This document shows, piece after piece, positions 57,732 through 64,000 of a DNA stretch of 64,000 nucleotides. The notes beneath the pieces were generated by a model. That model was not told the origin of the DNA, did no database searches, and saw only the letters and a list, made by a program, of their open reading frames with translations. Each line of letters begins with the position of its first letter. Position 1 is the stretch's first letter. The stretch is from Bacteroidia bacterium (GTDB taxonomy: Bacteria > Bacteroidota > Bacteroidia > B-17B0 > Aurantibacillaceae). The stretch is taken from the NCBI GenBank assembly GCA_022842625.1, contig JALHPG010000003.1:53503-117502 (forward strand), in the 5' to 3' direction. The position numbers were made by a program, and so were the translations under genes.

Positions 57732-58700
57732 ATCTTAAAGGTTAACAACATATCTTTTAATTACCACAATCAACATTATTTTAAGGGGATAAGAAATGTT
57801 TCGCTACAACTTAATAATGGCGAGATATTAGCTTTAGTTGGCAAAAGCGGCAGCGGAAAAACCACTCTCATGAAATGTATTTATGGTCTTGAAGATCTTG
57901 ATGCAGGAGAAGTGATCTTTGGAAATAAAAAAGTACTTGGCCCGTCTTACAACCTAATTCCCGGTTATGAAGAAATGAAATTGGTGAGTCAGGATTTTTA
58001 TGTTTTAGATAACCACACTGTTGAAGAAAATATTTTTGATAAATTAATTGGTTACACCAACGAATTAAAACAAAAGAGAGCTACAAAACTTTTAAAATTA
58101 TTAGACTTGCTTGCTTTAAAAAATTCTAAAGCAAAATTCTTATCAAGTGGTCAAAAACAGCGTGTAGCAATAGCCAGAGCCTTAGCAGTAATTCCAAAAG
58201 TATTATTGTTGGATGAACCTTTTAGTAATTTGGATACTATTTTAAGTGAGAAATTATTTGCGTTTGTTACCAGCGAAGTAAGAAAAAATAAAACCTCTGT
58301 AATTTTAATTACACATTTAGCAGATGAAGCTTTAAAATATGCTGATACACTTGCTGTAATGGATAATGGTAAAATAATACAGTCAGGTAAAAAATGGCAA
58401 ATTTATTATCAACCCAAAAACACAAAATTGGCGGGACTGTTAGGTCCGTTTAATATTATTAAAGCCGAAGATTTTGAGAAAAGTTCAAAACAAAAAACTA
58501 AACTTTTTGTAAGACCCGATAAATTAAAAATAACAACAGCTAAAAGCAGTTTTGATCTGGAGTTAACTATATTAAATTGTACGTTTAACGGTAAATGCTT
58601 TGAGGTTTTAGGTGAAACAAAAAACGGAAACCCGGTTCTTGTATATTCACCAAAAGAATTAGAAACAGAAAGACAGTATTATTTTTCTATAGAATCGTAA
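57732..58700 (+). CDS. ABC transporter ATP-binding protein with an apparent non-canonical start
   Basis: The frame upstream of the track's ATG 57870 reads ILKVNNISFNY...GEILALVGKSGSGKTTL (Walker A); downstream are LSSGQKQRVAIARAL and LLLDEPFSNLD. Confidence 0.85.
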   Translation: MLKVNNISFNYHNQHYFKGIRNVSLQLNNGEILALVGKSGSGKTTLMKCIYGLEDLDAGEVIFGNKKVLGPSYNLIPGYEEMKLVSQDFYVLDNHTVEENIFDKLIGYTNELKQKRATKLLKLLDLLALKNSKAKFLSSGQKQRVAIARALAVIPKVLLLDEPFSNLDTILSEKLFAFVTSEVRKNKTSVILITHLADEALKYADTLAVMDNGKIIQSGKKWQIYYQPKNTKLAGLLGPFNIIKAEDFEKSSKQKTKLFVRPDKLKITTAKSSFDLELTILNCTFNGKCFEVLGETKNGNPVLVYSPKELETERQYYFSIES

Positions 58701-58704
58701 ACTA

Positions 58705-59271
58705 TTACCACTCCTCTTTTCCTGAATCAGCTGAAGATTTTTTCATTCCTTCCTTAATATCTTCAACAACTACGCCTGCCCCTCTTAAGGCTTCGCCTTT
58801 AAGTTTTTTCCACACAAGATCTCCCATTGCCATACTTCCGCACTCAGGCACTTTATTATCAATACTTCCTGCAGTGGTTTTTCCGCTTGTGCTAACATGT
58901 TTAATTTGAGAAACAGTGTACTTGTATTTATTGTCTTTACACTCAATAGTAACTTTCATGTGTATTTTTCCTGTATAATCAACCTCAGGATTTAATTCTT
59001 TTGGTTTAACCGGAAAAGTAGCAGTACATTCTGCTTTTGAACCCGTAGTTACACCACTGGTTTTGCCATAACGATTACTTTCGATCTTAACCCAATTAAC
59101 TGCACGTTGCAATAATTCACTTGAAGGTAATGAATCTGTATTTACTACCTCAGAAAACTTAGTTTCATTTTTCTTTTTAGGAGCATCTGCTTCTGTTTTT
59201 TCCTGAGAAAAAGCAGAAGGACTAAAAACAACTAAAAAACAAATTACTAAAGCTTGTATGTATTTTTTCAT
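58705..59271 (-). CDS. DUF4468-like exported protein
   Basis: Signal peptide; FSEVVNTDSLPSSELLQRAVNW...IECKDNKYKYTVSQIKH. Confidence 0.65.
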   Translation of the reverse strand: MKKYIQALVICFLVVFSPSAFSQEKTEADAPKKKNETKFSEVVNTDSLPSSELLQRAVNWVKIESNRYGKTSGVTTGSKAECTATFPVKPKELNPEVDYTGKIHMKVTIECKDNKYKYTVSQIKHVSTSGKTTAGSIDNKVPECGSMAMGDLVWKKLKGEALRGAGVVVEDIKEGMKKSSADSGKEEW

Positions 59272-59331
59272 ATTTTATATTTTGTTATCCTCTCAGCAGT
59301 ATTCGTACCAAGAAAATAAAATTACATTTTT

Positions 59332-61740
59332 TTAATAAATTTTAGGAAATTGATTTGGGTTAACTTCCGACATTAAATTATAAATAGCGTCAAAAACATC
59401 ATCAGAATTTGGCTTGCTGAAATAGTCTCCATCGCTGCCATAAGCTGGTCTGTGATCTTTAGAAGCTAAAGTTAAAGGTGCTGAATCTAAATATTGATAA
59501 GCACCCTGCTCCTCTACGATCTTTTGAAGAATATAGGAGCTTGCTCCACCTGAAACGTCCTCGTCTAACACTAATAAACGATTTGTTTTTTTAACGGACT
59601 CAACAATTGAATGATGTATATCAAATGGTAACAATGTTTGAACATCAATTAACTCAACTGAAATTCCGTGTTTCTCTAAATTTTTAATCGCTTCTTGTGC
59701 CACTCGAATGGTGCTTCCATAAGAAACAACCGTAATATCTTTTCCGGTGGTTAAAACCTCCGGAATACCTAATGGCGTTTTGTAGGCGCCAAAATTACTC
59801 GGTTGTTTTTCTTTTAAACGGTAAGCATTTAAAGGCTCTATCACTAAGGCAGGTTCGTCGGCTTCCAATAAAGTATTATAAAATCCCGAAGCAACTGTCA
59901 TGTTACGAGGAACACAAATATTTATTCCTCTGCATGCATGCACGATCATGCCCATTGGCGAACCACTGTGCCAAACACCTTCTAATCTGTGACCGCGCGT
60001 GCGAATAATTACCGGCGCTTTTTGTTTACCTTTTGTACGCCATTGCACTGTCGCCAAATCATCGCTCATTAACTGAAGCGCATATAATAAATAATCTAAA
60101 TATTGAATTTCTGCAATAGGACGTAATCCTCTCATAGCTAATCCAATTGCTTGACCCATAATTGTAGCTTCGCGAATACCTGTATCAAATACACGGTGCT
60201 CACCAAATTTAGCTTGCAATCCTTCTAATCCTTGATTTACCCCACCAATTTTACCGGAGTCTTCGCCAAATATCATTACTTCCGGATACTTTGATAAAAT
60301 AGCATCAAAATTATCGCGTAATATTTCGCGACCATCCATTTGTTTATCATCGCTATATTCAACTGCTTTTGCCGCAATATTTCTAACTTGCTTTGGCGAT
60401 TGCGAATATAAATAGGAACTAAAACGTTCGTTATTTTGAATACGAGAAGCTTCTAACCAATTAATTAATTTTTCTCTTGCAGAAGAATTTGAATTAACGG
60501 TTAAACGTAAAACATTTTTTACTGCAACGTGAATCTCTCTGCGAATAGGTTCTTTAATTGATTGAAGTTCTTTTTTAATTGCAAGAATTTCATCAGTACC
60601 AAGCTCATCAAACAAACTGCAAACCTCAGCAACTTCGTTTTTTATTGGGGTTAAATAATCTGTCCATGCTGCATTTTTAGCATTTTTAACTGCCTCTTTT
60701 GCGTCTTCTTCAATTTTATTTAATTCCTCTTCGTTGGCTAAAGCGTTATTAATGATCCAATCACGCATTTGTTTAACACAATCAAAATCTAATTCCCATT
60801 GTAAACGTTCTTTACTTTTGTAACGCTCGTGTGATCCGCTGGTGCTATGTCCTTGAGGTTGCGTAACCTCTTCCACGTGTACTAAAACAGGCACATGTTC
60901 TTCGCGACAAACCTTAATGGCTTTTTCGTAAGTTTCGCATAAATGGGCATAATCCCAACCTTTGGTTTTAAATATTTCGTAGCCTTTTCCGCCATTTTCG
61001 CGTTGAAAGCCTTTAAGAACTTCGCTAATACTTTCTTTGGTTGTTTGGTATTTTTTAGGAACAGAAATTCCATGACCATCATCCCAAACACTAACCACCA
61101 TTGGCACTTGTAGAACACCGGCTGCGTTAATAGTTTCCCAAAACAAACCTTCGCTCGTAGAAGCATCTCCAATTGTACCAAAAGCAACTTCATTTCCTTT
61201 GTTACTGTATGTATCAAACGGAGCAACATGAAGATCTTTATTTATTTTATAAAAATGTGAAGCGTATGCCAAACCTAATAAACGCGGCATTTGTGAGCCT
61301 GTTGGAGAAATATCACTACTTGAATTTTTTTGATCTTTTAAAGCTTTAAAAGAACCGTCTTCGTTTAAACTGTGTGTTGCAAAATGTCCACCCATTTGAC
61401 GGCCTGCGCTCATTGGCTCTGCATCAATATCAGTATGACCATATAAACCTGCAAACCATTGCTGTAAAGTAATGGCATTAATGGACAACATGAATGTTTG
61501 ATCACGATAGTATCCACTTCTAAAATCACCATTCTGAAATACTTTACTCATGGCAATTTGAGCAAGTTCTTTTCCATCTCCAAAAATTCCAAACTTTGCT
61601 TTACCGGTAAGAACTTCTTTTCTACCTAATAAACTAGCTTGTCTACTTTCGTTAACTAATTTAAAATCTTTTAGAACTATTTTTTTGAAATCTTCAAAGC
61701 TTAAGTTGCTCGCTTTTACATCACTATCTTGTTTTCCCAT
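59332..61740 (-). CDS. 2-oxoacid (branched-chain-type) dehydrogenase E1, fused alpha/beta subunit
   Basis: KAKFGIFGDGKE, GYYRDQ, GTIGDASTSEG TPP-binding region, GHSTSGSHERY, FGEDSGKIGGV, EIQYLDY, HSGSP. Confidence 0.92.
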   Translation of the reverse strand: MGKQDSDVKASNLSFEDFKKIVLKDFKLVNESRQASLLGRKEVLTGKAKFGIFGDGKELAQIAMSKVFQNGDFRSGYYRDQTFMLSINAITLQQWFAGLYGHTDIDAEPMSAGRQMGGHFATHSLNEDGSFKALKDQKNSSSDISPTGSQMPRLLGLAYASHFYKINKDLHVAPFDTYSNKGNEVAFGTIGDASTSEGLFWETINAAGVLQVPMVVSVWDDGHGISVPKKYQTTKESISEVLKGFQRENGGKGYEIFKTKGWDYAHLCETYEKAIKVCREEHVPVLVHVEEVTQPQGHSTSGSHERYKSKERLQWELDFDCVKQMRDWIINNALANEEELNKIEEDAKEAVKNAKNAAWTDYLTPIKNEVAEVCSLFDELGTDEILAIKKELQSIKEPIRREIHVAVKNVLRLTVNSNSSAREKLINWLEASRIQNNERFSSYLYSQSPKQVRNIAAKAVEYSDDKQMDGREILRDNFDAILSKYPEVMIFGEDSGKIGGVNQGLEGLQAKFGEHRVFDTGIREATIMGQAIGLAMRGLRPIAEIQYLDYLLYALQLMSDDLATVQWRTKGKQKAPVIIRTRGHRLEGVWHSGSPMGMIVHACRGINICVPRNMTVASGFYNTLLEADEPALVIEPLNAYRLKEKQPSNFGAYKTPLGIPEVLTTGKDITVVSYGSTIRVAQEAIKNLEKHGISVELIDVQTLLPFDIHHSIVESVKKTNRLLVLDEDVSGGASSYILQKIVEEQGAYQYLDSAPLTLASKDHRPAYGSDGDYFSKPNSDDVFDAIYNLMSEVNPNQFPKIY

Positions 61741-61757
61741 TATAAAACCTTAATATA

Positions 61758-61765
61758 CAAATATA
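61758..61765 (-). promoter_or_regulatory. -7 promoter element (TAtaTTTG) for the E1 gene
   Basis: CAAATATA on the + strand, 18 bp upstream of ATG 61740. Confidence 0.55.
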
Positions 61766-62020
61766 ACAGATTGGCGGGAATGGCAAAAATATTTTAACCC
61801 CAAATTACAAGCAAATAATAAAAATTATTAATTCCATAACAAATGCCGTGAATTTAACTTTTCGTAAGGATAAGCCTCAAAAATAAAGGGTTTTTATTTT
61901 GATCGATCTAAGTCGCAAATAGCAAAATCGTTAAGCTCTAATTAAAAATAGATCCATTAATAAATCATACCCAAAAGGGAATAAATCAAATTTGTGTCGG
62001 AAGTTTTTTAAAAAGAGGTA

Positions 62021-63073
62021 TTAGCGTTTACTGTATTGCTCTTCGTAATACTTAGCATAGTTACCCGAAGTAACATTGTTCAACCATTCATCATTAGCCA
62101 AATACCAATCTACAGTGCGATCTAAACCTTGCTCAAATGTTACGGATGGCACCCAACCAAGATCTTTTTGCAATTTAGAAGAATCAATGGCGTAGCGTAA
62201 ATCGTGACCTGCGCGATCTTTTACGAAAGTGATCAGTTTTTCATTGGTTCCCTCTGCACGGTTTAATTTTTTGTCCATTATTTTACATAATAAACGAATT
62301 ACATCAATGTTGGTCCACTCGTTGTGTCCGCCAATATTATAGGTGCTTCCTAATTTTGCGTTATGGAAAATTGTATCAATTGCAACAGCGTGATCAACTA
62401 CAAATAACCAATCGCGAACATTTTCACCCTTACCATAAATTGGTAATGGCTTGTTGTTTTTGATATTATAAATACAAAGCGGAATTAATTTTTCGGGGAA
62501 ATGATTTGGCCCGTAGTTGTTACTACAATTAGAAATAACCACCGGTAAACCATACGTATCGTGGTATGCACGTACAAAATGATCGCTACTTGCTTTAGAA
62601 GCAGAGTAAGGACTGTGCGGATCGTAAGAAGTAGTTTCGGTAAACATTCCTGTTTCACCTAAAGCGCCATAAACTTCGTCGGTACTTACGTGATAAAATT
62701 TAGCGAATTTTGAATTTTCTTTTTTATACAATTCTTTTGCTGCGTTTAACAAATTTACTGTACCAATTACGTTTGTCATAACAAACTCCAAAGGATTAGT
62801 AATACTTCTGTCAACGTGACTTTCAGCAGCTAAATGTATCACTGCATTGTATTCTTCTTTAGTAAACAGATCATTAATGAATTTAGCATCAACAATATCT
62901 CCTTTTATAAACTTATAATTAGGTTTATTTTCAATGTCGGTAAGGTTAGCTAAGTTACCGGCGTAGGTTAATTTATCTAAATTATGAACTGTATAATTTG
63001 GGTACTTATTTACCATTAAACGCACTAAATGCGATCCAATAAAACCGGCACCACCTGTGATAAGAATTTTCAT
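62021..63073 (-). CDS. rfbB: dTDP-glucose 4,6-dehydratase
   Basis: ITGGAGFIGS, LDKLTYAGN, HLAAESHVDRSI, STDEVYG, YSASK, DRAGHDLRYAID. Confidence 0.96.
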   Translation of the reverse strand: MKILITGGAGFIGSHLVRLMVNKYPNYTVHNLDKLTYAGNLANLTDIENKPNYKFIKGDIVDAKFINDLFTKEEYNAVIHLAAESHVDRSITNPLEFVMTNVIGTVNLLNAAKELYKKENSKFAKFYHVSTDEVYGALGETGMFTETTSYDPHSPYSASKASSDHFVRAYHDTYGLPVVISNCSNNYGPNHFPEKLIPLCIYNIKNNKPLPIYGKGENVRDWLFVVDHAVAIDTIFHNAKLGSTYNIGGHNEWTNIDVIRLLCKIMDKKLNRAEGTNEKLITFVKDRAGHDLRYAIDSSKLQKDLGWVPSVTFEQGLDRTVDWYLANDEWLNNVTSGNYAKYYEEQYSKR

Positions 63074-63092
63074 TTTGTCTTTTTTAAATTTT

Positions 63093-64000
63093 TTATAAAC
63101 CCCAATACGATAAGGCTTTAATTTTATCCTTATACATACCTTTAATATCCACTAAAACTCCTTTGTTTGAAAGAATTGTTTTAAAATATTTTTCGTCAAG
63201 GGTTTTATATTCTTTGTGATTTACGGCAACAATAACGCCATCATAACCCTTACCAAGTTTACTTAAACCAAAACCATATTCGTGTTTTAATTCATCGCTA
63301 TCGGCATGCGGATCAACAATTTCAACCTTTACACCAAACGATTTTAATTCCTTCACAATATCTGCAACTTTACTGTTACGAATGTCACTTACATCTTCCT
63401 TAAACGTAGCACCCATTACAAGCACTTTTGATTTGGAAAGATTTTTTCCGGCTGCAACAATTTTTTTAACGCAAGTTTTAGCTACGTAAAAACCCATACT
63501 GTCGTTTACATAACGCCCGCTATTGATCACACGTGCATGGTAACCCATTTCTTCGGCCTTATAAGTAAGGTAATAAGGGTCAACACCAATACAATGTCCA
63601 CCAACTAATCCCGGAGAGAATTTCAAGAAATTCCATTTTGTTCCGGCAGCCTCCAAAACGTCATAAGTATTTATTCCTATGCGAGAAAAAATAATAGACA
63701 ATTCATTCATTAAGGCAATATTCACATCGCGTTGCGTGTTCTCAATGATCTTTGCAGCTTCGGCCACCTTAATGCTTGATGCACGGTGAGTGCCGGGCTC
63801 AACAATAATTTCGTATGTTTTAGCAATATTTTCTAAACTTTCTTTATCGCAACCTGAAACGATCTTTAAAATTTTTGTGATCGTGTGCTCTTTATCACCC
63901 GGATTAATACGCTCAGGAGAATAACCAACTTTAAAATCTTTTACAAACTTTAAACCCGAATGTTGCTCTAATACAGGAATACAATCTTCTTCGGTACAAC
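63093..64000 (-). CDS. nucleotide-sugar 6-dehydrogenase (WbpO/TviB family), 5' end outside the window
   Basis: The frame continues upstream of the track ORF to the window edge: CTEEDCIPVLE...GYSPERINPGDKEH...AEAAKIIENTQRDVNIA...GLVGGHCIGVDPYYL...FKEDVSDIRNSK. Confidence 0.9.
   Translation of the reverse strand, partial: CTEEDCIPVLEQHSGLKFVKDFKVGYSPERINPGDKEHTITKILKIVSGCDKESLENIAKTYEIIVEPGTHRASSIKVAEAAKIIENTQRDVNIALMNELSIIFSRIGINTYDVLEAAGTKWNFLKFSPGLVGGHCIGVDPYYLTYKAEEMGYHARVINSGRYVNDSMGFYVAKTCVKKIVAAGKNLSKSKVLVMGATFKEDVSDIRNSKVADIVKELKSFGVKVEIVDPHADSDELKHEYGFGLSKLGKGYDGVIVAVNHKEYKTLDEKYFKTILSNKGVLVDIKGMYKDKIKALSYWGL

Noticed and set aside
3537-61229. Many short (60-115 aa) ORFs in the track that overlap longer genes, e.g. 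3537-3719, 7522-7740, 10174-10500, 23665-23973, 43908-44243, 60882-61229
   Set aside because: They are antisense or alternate-frame shadows of well-supported genes and contain no recognisable motifs.
61741-62020. 280-bp intergenic gap as a possible ncRNA or small ORF
   Set aside because: It is AT-rich, contains the E1 promoter motif, and shows no convincing stem structure or coding frame.

Overview
64-kb low-GC chromosomal segment of a Bacteroidota bacterium. Support for this assignment: gldC, type IX secretion cargo proteins, TAnnTTTG -7 promoters, and DUF3822/DUF6089/DUF6702-type genes. The content is mostly housekeeping and cell-envelope: serC (cut by the window edge), ribBA, fahA, NDH-2, MoxR, trxB, ettA, pyrD, sppA, a folK-deoxynucleoside kinase fusion, gldC, rsmD, several peptidases (M1, M23, S46, a metzincin), an MBOAT/SGNH O-acetylation pair, a 2-oxoacid dehydrogenase E1 alpha/beta fusion, and part of a nucleotide-sugar (rfb) cluster at the right edge. 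I found no rRNA, tRNA, CRISPR array, integrase, transposase, reverse transcriptase or phage gene. The strongest structure not explained by the ORF track is two unrelated families of palindromic repeats, each with two direct-orientation copies bracketing exactly one gene that carries its own promoter motif (6226-7435 and 48646-49410). This looks like gene cassettes, but mobility is an inference only. Other points: a DUF6702-like gene broken by one in-frame TAA and absent from the ORF track (26440-26928); an ABC ATPase whose Walker A motif lies upstream of any ATG/GTG/TTG; a 1749-aa TPR-(GAF)x6-PP2C phosphatase whose linkers differ by exactly one heptad; and a DUF2779-type protein combining a Cas4-like Fe-S nuclease with a DEDDy exonuclease. 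All family assignments come from motif recognition, not database searches.
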